Shown: positions 29,380 to 39,525, counted from the first letter of the stretch. The stretch: 64,000 nucleotides of DNA from Leptonemataceae bacterium (GCA_965227295.1 OZ245742.1:2592001-2656000), one strand, 5' to 3'. The notes: generated from the sequence alone by a model not told the origin. Translations and numbers: made by a program.

Positions 29380-32300
29380 CTAAAACTTAATACAGTAAAG
29401 CAGCGCGATGTTTCGCGGTCGCGTCTCCGATCCGTAGCGCGGCGGTCCGTTGCTGCCGTCCGTGATCGGCTCGCGGATGGCATCGTTGATGTGTCCCCAG
29501 GCGGAACCGGCCGGCATCGCGTGGCTGAAGTCCTGATTCACCGCGGTCATCGTCGTCGCCTGCGCGTGCCGGTGTCCCTGAAATTGGTCCGCCTGGGCGC
29601 TGCCGAAGACGCGTCCCGCGTCCACGCCGCGACCGCCGTCCCAGCCGCGAACGAACTCGCCGCGCATGTCCGGCACGTTGAACGTCGTCGAACCGTCTCC
29701 GCTGCCGAAGCGATCGCCGATGCGTTGAAACAATCGTGCATACTGCGCGCGATTCACCGCGCGACCGTCGCAGGCGATCCAGCCCGGCGGCGCGCTTTCC
29801 GACGCAAACGACTGCACCGCGCCGACCTGATCGACGCCTTCCGGTGTCGGCTGCGCGAGCTGGATGATTTCGATCTGCGTGTAGACTTCGTCATCGCCGG
29901 TGTTCGTCGAATAGCCCAGTGCCGCGTCACTCGTTCCCTGAAACAGCGCGTACATTTCAAGACGGAAGGACTTCGGTGAGTCAAGGGTGGTGAAGCCGGC
30001 CCAGTGGGCCTCGCCGATTTCCTCTGAATCGGGGCCGTTCGCGGCGAAAGCGGCCCGGCCTGGAATGCTCGGCGTTCCGTCGGTGATGTTGAACAGCCGG
30101 ATTCGGAAGTTCAGGACACGATGGCCCGGGGCGTGCGCTCGAATCAAGTAGCTCCCCTCCGGTAATGTAAACTCGTTGGAATTTAGTGAGATGCCCGCAA
30201 TGTTCGTTTCCAGGTCGTTTAGGGTGCGCGTGAACCAGGACGATGTAACCGGAGCCAGGCCGCCGTTAGTGCCGGAGGATTGGCGTTCGCTCAGCAAGGC
30301 ATAGCCTCCCGCCGGCGGTGCCAGGGCGTTTTCCCGGACCTTCATGATCCACACGACGGACATGTTCACCGGTCGCGTTTCGGGGCCGAGTCGCGGTGAG
30401 CCGTGAATGCCGTCGTCTACAGCGCCCAGGGTTTCCGCTTCAGGTGTCAGTTGTTTGTTGTTGTTGCCGCCCGGGGTCTCACCGCTGCTTCCTACAATAA
30501 AGGCGCGGTCGTTCAACGCGTGATGGTGCCCCTGCAGCCTATCATCTTCAAACGCACCCGACGTAGTATCACCGCGCAGGAACGCGCCCTTCGTATTCCA
30601 GGTTTCTTTCGGATTGTTTAAGTCCGGTATGATTTGCCCGTCGTACGGCGACGCCGGATCGCTTAACGTCTGCCCGTTGCATTCTACCCAGCCGTCGGGC
30701 AGGGCCGGTGTGTTGTTGAATGATTTATGCCACGCGAGCACGGTGCCGAGCGGAAGGTTGCCGCCGCCACCGTCCTGGCCGGCGGTGGTTTGCAACGTGC
30801 CGTCGGGAAAGAGAATGCCGTCGACGCCGATTTCGCCGGCGATGTGCAGTTTCGCCTGGGGCAGATCGGTGCCGATGCCGACGTTCCCCGAACTACGGCT
30901 GACGTCTGCGCCGCTCGCCTCCCAGAGGCCGGCCGATTGTGAACTGAGATCGTAGCCGAAGACCTCGACGTTGTGCATGCCGTGACCGGAGCCCGTGCGG
31001 TCGAACTCCAGGCTGCCGCTGTCCTGCATCTCGATCTGAAACTGCACCGAGTGTGTTCCGGCCGCGAGCACGTCCTGTTCGCCGCCCAGGCCGACGACGA
31101 TCTGCGTGGTGAACGTATCCGTACCGCTGCCGCCGTCCTGGAGTTGCAGCCATGGAATGTAGGTGATGACCGAGCCGGTGATGGAGTCGTCGATCAGCGC
31201 GCGAATCTGCACGGCGCCGCCTGTACGATTGAAATAACTGATGTTCGCGCGCAGATAGAAACGGCCGCTGGTGGGCAGGTTCACCGTAATCGGTGTTGCG
31301 TTGAAGTTGCGCCAGACGCCGGAAAACGTCGTCGTCTCGGTGAGGATCTGGTTCGTATTCGCGATGTTCGGAATCATGTCCAGCAACTGGAAGTTCGATT
31401 TCACAAACACGCTCTGAGCGTCACCTAAGCCGTTCTGGCGAATCTTCATGATCCAGACGACGGACATGTTGACGGGGCGGGTTTCGTCGCCGTAGCGGGG
31501 GGTGCTCCAGCCGGAGTCGACCGGGTCCGTCAGGTTGGCGTAGCCCGTATTGAGCGCATATGAGTTTGTGCCGGAGCCCATATCCAGGGTCTGGCAACCA
31601 GGCGTGAACAAAGTAACGCAGATACCCCGTGCGGTGTGCGTATGGCCGATATCGTTGTGCTTATGCCCCTGCATCATATCATCTTCGAACAGACCCGAAG
31701 TATCGCCGCCGCGCAGGAAGCTGCCCTTCGAGTTCCACGACTGCCGTGCGCCGTTCAAGTCCGGTACGATGTTAGGCAACTGATGAAACGGGCTCAGCGG
31801 ATCGTCGACGAGCTGGCCGTTGCATTCGACCCAGCCGTCCGGAAGTTCCGGGTTGCCGTTGATGTCCCGATGCCACGCGAGGATCGTGCCGAGGGGCAGC
31901 GTATCGAAGGCGCCGCTCATACCGCCGGCCCCGTCACCGCCGGCCGTCGTTTGAATCGTGCCGTCGGGAAACTTAAAGCCGCCGGACTTCGATTCAATGA
32001 TGCCCTCGACCGAAAGTTTTTCGCCGGGACTCACGGTGCCCACGCCGACGTTGCCGCTGCCGGGTTGAACGTAGACGATGGTTTGTTCGGTGCCGGGGAC
32101 GTTCTGTTCGGTGCTCGCCGCAATGCCCGGTTCGTTCGCCGCGATGTTGCGCAGACGATCGGTACCGGGGGCCGAGAGACTAACGTACCCGTAGTATAAA
32201 CTAAGATCCGCGACCTCCGCCGCGGAGAGCGACCGATTGTAGACGCGCACCTGGGACATGCGGCCCTCGAAGAGACTGAGCGTGTTCGTATTGTCGCCGG

Positions 32301-35274
32301 CATCGTCGGCGCCGAGGACGTTGGCGTTGCTCGTCCCGCCGGCCGGCCCGAGGTCCACCGTACCCGCCGGCAACGCCGTGCCGTCCATGTAGATCGTGTA
32401 GCTGGTGGGTACGTTCTTATCGCCGCCGTTGTAACTTACGGCGAAATGATGCCAGGTGTTGTTCAGGGAAGCCAGATCGAACGGCACGCCGCGCTGGGCC
32501 GCGCCCCGGAACGAGGTGACGATCGTACCGGTGGAGCTATCGAAGGCGAGGAAGAACTCACTGTCCTGGCGGAACCGAAAGAAGAATATGTCGTCACCGC
32601 CGGAGAGGTCCTTCGTCGGATGAATCCAGGCCGCCGCCGTAAACGGATCGTTGCCCGTGCCGATGATGTTGTCCGTGAGGCCGAGGTCGACGTGATTGTC
32701 CGTACCATTGAAGACCAGGCTGCCCGAGATGCTGCTGCCGAAGGGATTGTCCGCGGACCAGGTAATCGAGCCGGCCACGCTGCCGTTGTGATTGTTGCCG
32801 GAGAAGTCGCTGAGTACGCCGCCGCTGCCGGCCTCGAAACGCCACGCGCCGGCAAGACCGCCCACAACACGTACAAATGTCTGCTGAGCGGAACTTTGTG
32901 ACGTGGCGTCGGGATTGCCGTAGTAGGCGTAGACGTTCGCCGTGGCCCCGGCGGGTACGTGCGGCACGCGCACCCAGAAACGCGTCTGACTTGTATTCGC
33001 GCCGCTTTCGAGCCAGTGCGGGATTTGCGTAATGCCGTCGCCGTCCGTGAAGATGAGATCCGCGGCGTCGTCCCGCAGTTTGCCCGCGGCGACGAGCGCG
33101 GCCGTGTCCAGAATTACGAGGACCTGGTAGTCCGTGAGGGCAGTGCCGTTCGCGCTGTTGTCGATCGTAAGGGGCAGACGATACGGACGCCCGCCGAGGC
33201 CGGCCACCGGCGCGTCGATTTGAAACGGCGCTTCGGTTTCGTCACCGGTGCGCACGCGTACACCGTCCTCGATGCGCAACACGCCGCTGGAGTGCTCCGA
33301 TTGCAACGTGCCGTGGATGGTGATCGTATCCTCGTCCTGGTCTCCGAGCAACACGTCACCGGGCATGTGGTCGGTGTCCCGGGCAATGACGTCGCCGCGG
33401 ACCGTGAGGTTGCCTTTGACTTCTAAGTCCTCGTCGATATTCAACGAACCGCTGATCGTATCGCCGGCCTTGTTGACCTTGATGTCCGCCAGGCGATCGA
33501 GGCCGTCCTGCACCGTGGCGACGCCGAGCATGAGGTCGTCGCCGTTCGGCGCCGTGAGTACCGGCGGCGTGTAATCAACGGCCCCGGCCGAACCCTTGTG
33601 GGCCTGGAAAAGCAACAGCGCGGGCAGAGGCAAACCGCTTTCCGCTAACAATCTGGCTTCGACTCTTTGGTCCTCGCGATAGTTCACATCCTCGGCGGAG
33701 TCGCCGGTGGTCCAGTGCGCCGATATTCCGCCGTCGCTGCCGGAGGCGACGACGATCTCCGTACCGCTGTTCGTCGCATCATGCACATCTTCCAGACTGC
33801 CGCCGCCGCTAATAACAGACAAACGAACACTAACGCCCGGTACAGGTTCGCCGCCGGCCGTTTCTACGCGGGCCTGCAACGCCTGCGTGAGTTGCGCACC
33901 CGGTAGAATTCCCTGGCCGTCGCCGCCGACGTAGACCAGGTGCGCGTCGGTGAGCGATGGAAAGATGCGCCGCGCGTCGGCCAGGACCTGGTAACCGCCG
34001 CCGCTGCGACGCACGAAGGCCAGGCGCGCGTAGTGATGCGCGTTCGTGCCCTCCATCGTTGCGGGCAGTGCGGTGCCTTCGTCGTGGGGCCACTCGATGC
34101 TGCGATGGACCACGCGCGCCGGAATCATCCAGTACTCGCCGTTACGATATTCGCGCGCCGCGTCGGTATCGAAGCGCACTTCAATGCCGTTCTCGATGCT
34201 GACCCAGGTTTCGTTCGGGCCGGCCGGCACCAGCGGGGCGCCGGTGGAGTTCAGCATATCCCAGCGCCGCACGCGACGCACGCCGTGGTTAAATTCGTTG
34301 ATGTCGAGGGCGCGACCGCCGGGCGCATTGGGACCGCCGGCGCCGTCGTAGTGCCGTAACGTATCCGGATCGATGACCAGGCTTTCGCCGTTGACGCTGA
34401 TCAATCGCGCGAGAGTGCCCGGTCGGCCGTTGAGTTCCAGGCCTTGGTCGTCGATCTCGATCCAGTCCCCCGCGTGAAAGCCGAGGGTGTTGTCGCGGCC
34501 GGCCGCACTGATCGTCAACGCATCTCCGTCCTGGGCCTGCCACTGCGCGACGACGCTGCCGTTGTCCCGCGACCACTTATACGTCGCCGTGCCGGCCGGG
34601 CCGCCGGTGTGAATTTCCACGCGATACAAACGATTCTCCGTGCCGGAGTAACCGCCGCGCGCGCCGATGGTGCAGACATCGTCGATGTCCGCGGATGTTG
34701 CCGCAGTGCGCGCCGTCAGCCGGCCGCGCAGTGGTTCGGTGAGGGCCGTCCATTCCGGCGGCTTGCTCGCGGCGTTGTAATCATCCGTGGGGATCGGCAG
34801 TAACTTTATCTGAGCGATTGTTTGTATACGAGCGGAGGTATCGACGCCGCCGAGGGCCGCGTCCCGGAGTTCCGGAACTTCCAGTGCCGTAAGCGCGCGC
34901 TCCCATACGTCCAGGTATGCCAGGTAGTCGCCGTCGCTCTCCGGCAGGCCGGCGCCGGGCAGGTGCGGTTGCGTGGTGAAGAGGACATCCTGCGCCAACC
35001 GCGCGAGCCGCCCGTCCACGTACATGCGTCCCGCGCCGATGTTCAGGTCCGGGCCGCCGCCGGGAGCGCTTACGACCGTGAGCCGGTAACCCGCCGCGTC
35101 GCGCGGTGCGCCCGTGGTGCCGACGGTGTCCCGGCCGAGGGTACGGCGCAGGTTTTGTTCGATGTACTGCGCCTCGTTGCGATCGGCGTCGGTAACGATA
35201 CGACCCTGCTGGGAGACGAGGCTGGAGTAGTTGTTATCGTCGTGGCGATAGTCGCGGGAGAGATCGAGCTTCAT
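29380..35274 (-). CDS. Giant tail-fibre-like protein: DUF6519-like N-term, DUF2341, LamG, three tail-collar/tip modules
   Basis: DLSR...QQGR...DADRNE; YLAYLDVWER; ENRLYRVEIH; YKWSRDNGS; WVRVP..YYGNP (DUF2341); WHHFAVSY..VRVYNRSLS (LamG); GDGSTTFNVPDMRGEFVRG (collar). Confidence 0.88.
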   Translation of the reverse strand: MKLDLSRDYRHDDNNYSSLVSQQGRIVTDADRNEAQYIEQNLRRTLGRDTVGTTGAPRDAAGYRLTVVSAPGGGPDLNIGAGRMYVDGRLARLAQDVLFTTQPHLPGAGLPESDGDYLAYLDVWERALTALEVPELRDAALGGVDTSARIQTIAQIKLLPIPTDDYNAASKPPEWTALTEPLRGRLTARTAATSADIDDVCTIGARGGYSGTENRLYRVEIHTGGPAGTATYKWSRDNGSVVAQWQAQDGDALTISAAGRDNTLGFHAGDWIEIDDQGLELNGRPGTLARLISVNGESLVIDPDTLRHYDGAGGPNAPGGRALDINEFNHGVRRVRRWDMLNSTGAPLVPAGPNETWVSIENGIEVRFDTDAAREYRNGEYWMIPARVVHRSIEWPHDEGTALPATMEGTNAHHYARLAFVRRSGGGYQVLADARRIFPSLTDAHLVYVGGDGQGILPGAQLTQALQARVETAGGEPVPGVSVRLSVISGGGSLEDVHDATNSGTEIVVASGSDGGISAHWTTGDSAEDVNYREDQRVEARLLAESGLPLPALLLFQAHKGSAGAVDYTPPVLTAPNGDDLMLGVATVQDGLDRLADIKVNKAGDTISGSLNIDEDLEVKGNLTVRGDVIARDTDHMPGDVLLGDQDEDTITIHGTLQSEHSSGVLRIEDGVRVRTGDETEAPFQIDAPVAGLGGRPYRLPLTIDNSANGTALTDYQVLVILDTAALVAAGKLRDDAADLIFTDGDGITQIPHWLESGANTSQTRFWVRVPHVPAGATANVYAYYGNPDATSQSSAQQTFVRVVGGLAGAWRFEAGSGGVLSDFSGNNHNGSVAGSITWSADNPFGSSISGSLVFNGTDNHVDLGLTDNIIGTGNDPFTAAAWIHPTKDLSGGDDIFFFRFRQDSEFFLAFDSSTGTIVTSFRGAAQRGVPFDLASLNNTWHHFAVSYNGGDKNVPTSYTIYMDGTALPAGTVDLGPAGGTSNANVLGADDAGDNTNTLSLFEGRMSQVRVYNRSLSAAEVADLSLYYGYVSLSAPGTDRLRNIAANEPGIAASTEQNVPGTEQTIVYVQPGSGNVGVGTVSPGEKLSVEGIIESKSGGFKFPDGTIQTTAGGDGAGGMSGAFDTLPLGTILAWHRDINGNPELPDGWVECNGQLVDDPLSPFHQLPNIVPDLNGARQSWNSKGSFLRGGDTSGLFEDDMMQGHKHNDIGHTHTARGICVTLFTPGCQTLDMGSGTNSYALNTGYANLTDPVDSGWSTPRYGDETRPVNMSVVWIMKIRQNGLGDAQSVFVKSNFQLLDMIPNIANTNQILTETTTFSGVWRNFNATPITVNLPTSGRFYLRANISYFNRTGGAVQIRALIDDSITGSVITYIPWLQLQDGGSGTDTFTTQIVVGLGGEQDVLAAGTHSVQFQIEMQDSGSLEFDRTGSGHGMHNVEVFGYDLSSQSAGLWEASGADVSRSSGNVGIGTDLPQAKLHIAGEIGVDGILFPDGTLQTTAGQDGGGGNLPLGTVLAWHKSFNNTPALPDGWVECNGQTLSDPASPYDGQIIPDLNNPKETWNTKGAFLRGDTTSGAFEDDRLQGHHHALNDRAFIVGSSGETPGGNNNKQLTPEAETLGAVDDGIHGSPRLGPETRPVNMSVVWIMKVRENALAPPAGGYALLSERQSSGTNGGLAPVTSSWFTRTLNDLETNIAGISLNSNEFTLPEGSYLIRAHAPGHRVLNFRIRLFNITDGTPSIPGRAAFAANGPDSEEIGEAHWAGFTTLDSPKSFRLEMYALFQGTSDAALGYSTNTGDDEVYTQIEIIQLAQPTPEGVDQVGAVQSFASESAPPGWIACDGRAVNRAQYARLFQRIGDRFGSGDGSTTFNVPDMRGEFVRGWDGGRGVDAGRVFGSAQADQFQGHRHAQATTMTAVNQDFSHAMPAGSAWGHINDAIREPITDGSNGPPRYGSETRPRNIALLYCIKF

Positions 35275-35726
35275 GCCGATATTCCAGCGCTTTGGACGGG
35301 AACGGCAAGGGGAGTCTGATCGGTGTCAGGGGCAGCGCATCAAATATAGAGATGTTTCTGTATATGCTGAATCGCAGTTGCCGTGGTTTTGTGCGTGCTT
35401 ACGGACGGCACTCGTCCGAGAATTGATAGCGGAACATGCCTACACGAAGGCCGGCGTTGAGAACCTCCGGTTGATCGGACTGTAAGGTGATTTCGCCGCG
35501 CAGCGCGGGCGGGCAAAGGGACTCGCAACGCAAGTGTATGCGCAGGCGATCTTCGTAGTGGCTCAGTCGCCCGTCATTCCACGATAGTATGATGCCGCAC
35601 GAACGATACGAAAATCGTTTTCGTTTTGCGGAACTGGATTGTCTCGGACAGTGGGGCCGCAGAAGACCGTGGCCATACTGGCGGCGAATACGAGCGATGG
35701 TACAACCCCGCGCAGAGTCTTCCCTT

Positions 35727-36296
35727 TTATGCGGGGCCGAAGAGGTCCCTTTTGCGAACGACGAAGCCGGATAACAAACGACTTCTCAACGTGGCGCCCC
35801 GCGAAATTTTCCAGGCGGTGTCGTTGTTGTAGTGGACTTTCATGGAACGCCGGTCGGGATCAACGATCCAGTACTCGGCGACGCCGTTCTTTAAGTAGCG
35901 TTCGGACTTGTTGCCGAGGTCCCGGTCGCGCGTGCTTTTGGACAACACCTCGCAGACCAGGTCCGGCGCTCCGTAGATGCCTTTTTCCGTGACGATGTGT
36001 GCGCGCTCGTTCGCAACGTAACACACGTCCGGCCGCAGGACGTCGCCGCCGTCGGGCAGCTTGATGTCGGCTTCGGTATAGACCCGGCCGACGGGATGCA
36101 CGCGCAGGTACACGCCCAGCTCAATCGTAAAGCCGGCCTGCTTGTGGCTGTGCTCCGGTGTGCCGCTCGGTGGCAAATGAAGGACCCCGTCGATCATGTC
36201 GTACTTGAAGCCGTCGTCTTCGAGGCTGAAGTACGCGTCCGGGGAAATGCGCAGGCCGGCATAGAGCGGGCGTGGTTGGTCTAAGATCGCGACCAT
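35727..36296 (-). CDS. Uma2/DUF820 PD-(D/E)xK-like endonuclease
   Basis: DMIDG..PPS..H, RPDV, GAPDLVCEVLS, GVAEYWIVDP. Confidence 0.92.
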   Translation of the reverse strand: MVAILDQPRPLYAGLRISPDAYFSLEDDGFKYDMIDGVLHLPPSGTPEHSHKQAGFTIELGVYLRVHPVGRVYTEADIKLPDGGDVLRPDVCYVANERAHIVTEKGIYGAPDLVCEVLSKSTRDRDLGNKSERYLKNGVAEYWIVDPDRRSMKVHYNNDTAWKISRGATLRSRLLSGFVVRKRDLFGPA

Positions 36297-36404
36297 ATCA
36301 GGATCCTATCATGGCAAAAACGGTGGTCAAATCAATTTCGGCCGTTCTGCGATTCCCCGGGACACTATTGTAGCATGGGGGTGTGACATTTTTCGGGGTC
36401 GTCC
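36150..36404. repeat. 255 bp direct repeat copy 1 (Uma2 5' end + upstream region)
   Basis: Matches 36866-37120 with 2 mismatches, offset 716 bp. Confidence 0.95.
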
Positions 36405-36442
36405 GCCGAAAAAGATTTTTACAGAAGTTTGAGAGGCAGGGC

Positions 36443-37012
36443 TCAGCGTTTGCGAAAAATCTTCGCGGTACTGACTACAAATCCCGGGAGGACACGGCTT
36501 TTCAGAGTACGGCCGCGAAGGATTTCCCAGTCCTTGCCGTTGTTGTGCCGGACTTCGATGGCGCGTTCGGCGGGATCGACGATCCAGTACTCGGTGACAC
36601 CGTTCTTTAGATAGCGTTCCGACTTGATCGTGAGATCTCGCTTGCGATTGGATGGAGACAGAACTTCGCACACCAGGTTCGGCGTACCGAAGATACCTTT
36701 CTTTTGAATGATGTGTGCGTTTTCCCGAAGGACGAGCGAGACGTCCGGTCGCAAGATGTCGCCGCCGTCCGGGAGCTTGATGTCGGTCTCCAGCATAGCT
36801 TCACCCACCGCGTGCGTTTCCAGGTACATACCCAGCACTGTGCTGAAAGCGAAGTGGCTCTTGCCGTGCTCCGGTGTTCCGCTCGGTGGCAAATGAAGGA
36901 CCCCGTCGATCATGTCGTACTTGAAGCCGTCGTCTTCGAGGCTGAAGTACGCGTCCGGGGAAATGCGCAGGCCGGCATAGAGCGGGCGTGGTTGGTCTAA
37001 GATCGCGACCAT
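36443..37012 (-). CDS. Uma2/DUF820 endonuclease, tandem paralog
   Basis: Same motifs; first 49 aa identical to the neighbour, remainder diverged. Confidence 0.92.
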   Translation of the reverse strand: MVAILDQPRPLYAGLRISPDAYFSLEDDGFKYDMIDGVLHLPPSGTPEHGKSHFAFSTVLGMYLETHAVGEAMLETDIKLPDGGDILRPDVSLVLRENAHIIQKKGIFGTPNLVCEVLSPSNRKRDLTIKSERYLKNGVTEYWIVDPAERAIEVRHNNGKDWEILRGRTLKSRVLPGFVVSTAKIFRKR

Positions 37013-37120
37013 ATCAGGATTCTATCATGGCAAAAACGGTGGTCAAATCAATTTCGGCCGTTCTGCGATTCCCCGGGACACTATTGTAGCATGGGGGTGT
37101 GACATTTTTCGGGGTCGTCC
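36866..37120. repeat. 255 bp direct repeat copy 2
   Basis: Matches 36150-36404 with 2 mismatches. Confidence 0.95.
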
Positions 37121-37197
37121 TCGTAAAAAAAGAGAAAAGCCACAGGGAGGATGAGAGGAAGTGAGGGATGCATCTTTAAGAATTCCTTAAAGCTCAG

Positions 37198-37330
37198 TTT
37201 GGGCGTTGCGACCCGGCCGCGTCGGAAGCGGCCGGGGCGCCGGTCCCTTCCGGGCTCGCTATCGCTCGGCCTCGCGGCTTCGCCGCGAGTCTGCCGCTGC
37301 GCGGCACCCTCCAGGCACCTAACGCGAAGA
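37198..37330 (+). repeat. Multi-hairpin intergenic element copy A (Flavo-1-like; strand = orientation only)
   Basis: tttgggcgttg...ccggtcccttccgggctc...ccctccaggcacctaacgcgaaga; reverse complement at 62700-62820. Confidence 0.85.
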
Positions 37331-37347
37331 CGCTACCAGGCCCCGCG

Positions 37348-37600
37348 CTAACTCTGCTGTTCTACAGTCGCCGCGGGCTCCGTGTCGCGCATCGCCAACG
37401 TTTGGCGGTGCCAGCGAACGTATCGATTCGAGCGCACAATCCAGCGAAATATGAGCAACAGCACCGCCAGTTGAATGATCGATACAAAGAACACAGCATG
37501 GTTTCCCCGCCTGGCTCCAGCATAATCATCACGGCCGCCATGGGAACGCCGAGGATGGCCCGGGCCGTGGGATGCAGAAAGAAGACAAACAAGATGCAAT
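37348..37600 (-). pseudogene. Possible fragment of a membrane-protein gene (DUF4328-like)
   Basis: Hydrophobic stretch ending LLIFRWIVRSNR; hydrophobic parts split over two frames. Confidence 0.3.
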
Positions 37601-37617
37601 TCAGCAAATACACCGAG

Positions 37618-39525
37618 CTACCGGTCCAATCCGCGAGAAATCTCCACCACCTCTTCCCGCGGTGATCTCGGAGCCTCGGTGGTTACATCTTCTTCACCGA
37701 ACACATAATCCCCACGCTCACCAAACACGCGCGCCCCGTCTCTTTCCAGGCACGCTGCGAATTCCTCGAAGTTCGCAAACGGCCGCGCGAGCAGTACCAT
37801 CGACGCGCGTTTTTTTCCGATGCCGGGAATCGCCGCCAGCGCGCGCTGGTTGATGGCGTTGATGCGCACCGGCCACGACAGGCCGACTAAGCTGCGCTCT
37901 TCGGCACCTAAGACCATCACCGTCAGCGGTTGCGTGCGGGTGCCGATGTCGTCGCTGCCGGCGGCGTAGCCGTGGTCGACGGCGGGCGTTGCGCCGAACA
38001 TGCGCACGTAGGCCGCGCTCGCCCGGGGATCGCCCTCGGGGATCTTTAATGTTACCGGGTACGAACCTAAGGGACGCCCGAGGATGTAGCCCTGGTTGCG
38101 CCCCTCGGGGATGACGAACTCGACCTTCACGCCCGGCGGGAAGTTCTTCAGCAGCATGGGCTGATCGATCTCCCGGCGGATGCGGTCGCGAAAGTACGTG
38201 AACTTTTTTTCGAGGACTTCCGGGCGCCGGCGTTTGCGCGGAACGGTGTCGCCGTCCCCGTCCTTGCGCATGTGGTCTAACTTCGTGTTTTTGTAATCTA
38301 CGACCTGGCGGATGTTGATGCGGCGTAACAACAGGCCGCGTTGCATGAGATCCATTAAGAATTCGTAGTTCTTCTCGAACGTGACGTCGGACTCGCCGGG
38401 CAGGCCGTGTATAAAATTCAAACCGGGCAACAGCTTCGGGATGCCGTCCTCGCGGCGCGCGCCGTACTCGTTGATGATCTCGATGGCTCGCCGCGCTTCC
38501 TCGGGGCTGCACTTGAGATCGTTGGCGGCGATGACGTTTTCGTCCACGGACTCGAGGCCCATGGCCGCCGTGTCGCCCGCCGTGTTGTGTTCGCAGATGA
38601 TGCGGCTGACCTCGCGGGCCTCTGCGGGAAACGTGGCGATGAGTCCCGGGTTGATGTTGTCGAGATGCAGCAGCGCCAGGTCCGGCGCGGCGTTGCGAAT
38701 GCCCTCGTAGAGTCGTGCCAGGCTTTCCGGGCGCGGGCGGGGGAACGAGTTCCGGAAGTCGTTCATGTCCGGCAGATACGTCATGAGATCGGCCTGGCGG
38801 CCCAGGCGATAAAAGCGATTGCCCATGCGGCGCAACTCGGCCACCTCCGCGAGGATGCCTGCGGTCAGCCGAAACGTGGGCCGGCCGTAAAAGGCCTCGG
38901 TGCAGAACGAACAAAAGACGTCCCGGGTGCAGCCGCGATACGTCTCGAGTTCGAGGATGAGATACGGAAAGTTCGGGGCCAGGGTTGTGAGAAAGGCGCC
39001 GGCCTGGGCCCAGCGATCCACCTGGGTGTAGTTCCGGCGGCCGCCCAGGTTCTCGCCGTGTTTCGCGAGCACCGCCTCGACGGCCGAGGCCATGTTGCCG
39101 GCGTGCTCGCCCAGCAGACCGGCGTAGAGTTCGACGTCGCCCCGGCAGAGCAGGCCGCCCAGGTCGCGGATTTGCTCCCGGTACTCCGGCGCGGCGTAGC
39201 GGATGGGCCCGCCGAGCAGCGTTACGCCGCCGGGCTGGTGTTTCCGGCGCCACTGCAGGAACTCCAGCACCTCGGCCATCGAACCGATCTTGCCACCAAG
39301 GTACTTGCCCGGCACCGTATGGCCGGCGACCAGGACCACCAGTTCGTGCTCGTCGGCCAGGGTTTTTCCGCGGGCGCGCCACTGGTCCACGGTGAGGTAA
39401 CGGATCTGTTCGGCCGGGATGCCGGCGTCCACCAGGGCCCCGGCGGAGTAGCGGCAGTAGGGCGAAAGATAGGGCGGCACGCCGAAGCAGGCCGGTTCGT
39501 CTACGTAAAAATCGAGGATCAGCAT
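37618..39525 (-). CDS. Radical SAM enzyme with C-terminal helix-hairpin-helix (COG1031-like)
   Basis: YVDEPACFGVPPY; ETYRGCTRDVFCSFC; LRRINIRQV; IPGIGKKRA HhH; start 39525 or 39540. Confidence 0.85.
   Translation of the reverse strand: MLILDFYVDEPACFGVPPYLSPYCRYSAGALVDAGIPAEQIRYLTVDQWRARGKTLADEHELVVLVAGHTVPGKYLGGKIGSMAEVLEFLQWRRKHQPGGVTLLGGPIRYAAPEYREQIRDLGGLLCRGDVELYAGLLGEHAGNMASAVEAVLAKHGENLGGRRNYTQVDRWAQAGAFLTTLAPNFPYLILELETYRGCTRDVFCSFCTEAFYGRPTFRLTAGILAEVAELRRMGNRFYRLGRQADLMTYLPDMNDFRNSFPRPRPESLARLYEGIRNAAPDLALLHLDNINPGLIATFPAEAREVSRIICEHNTAGDTAAMGLESVDENVIAANDLKCSPEEARRAIEIINEYGARREDGIPKLLPGLNFIHGLPGESDVTFEKNYEFLMDLMQRGLLLRRINIRQVVDYKNTKLDHMRKDGDGDTVPRKRRRPEVLEKKFTYFRDRIRREIDQPMLLKNFPPGVKVEFVIPEGRNQGYILGRPLGSYPVTLKIPEGDPRASAAYVRMFGATPAVDHGYAAGSDDIGTRTQPLTVMVLGAEERSLVGLSWPVRINAINQRALAAIPGIGKKRASMVLLARPFANFEEFAACLERDGARVFGERGDYVFGEEDVTTEAPRSPREEVVEISRGLDR

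Noticed and set aside
35580..35726. Possible integrase-core remnant (EYERWYN)
   Set aside because: Too short and needs frameshifts; cannot be supported without a search
35727..37012. DGR-type diversification of the Uma2 pair
   Set aside because: Divergence spans all nucleotides and includes many synonymous changes
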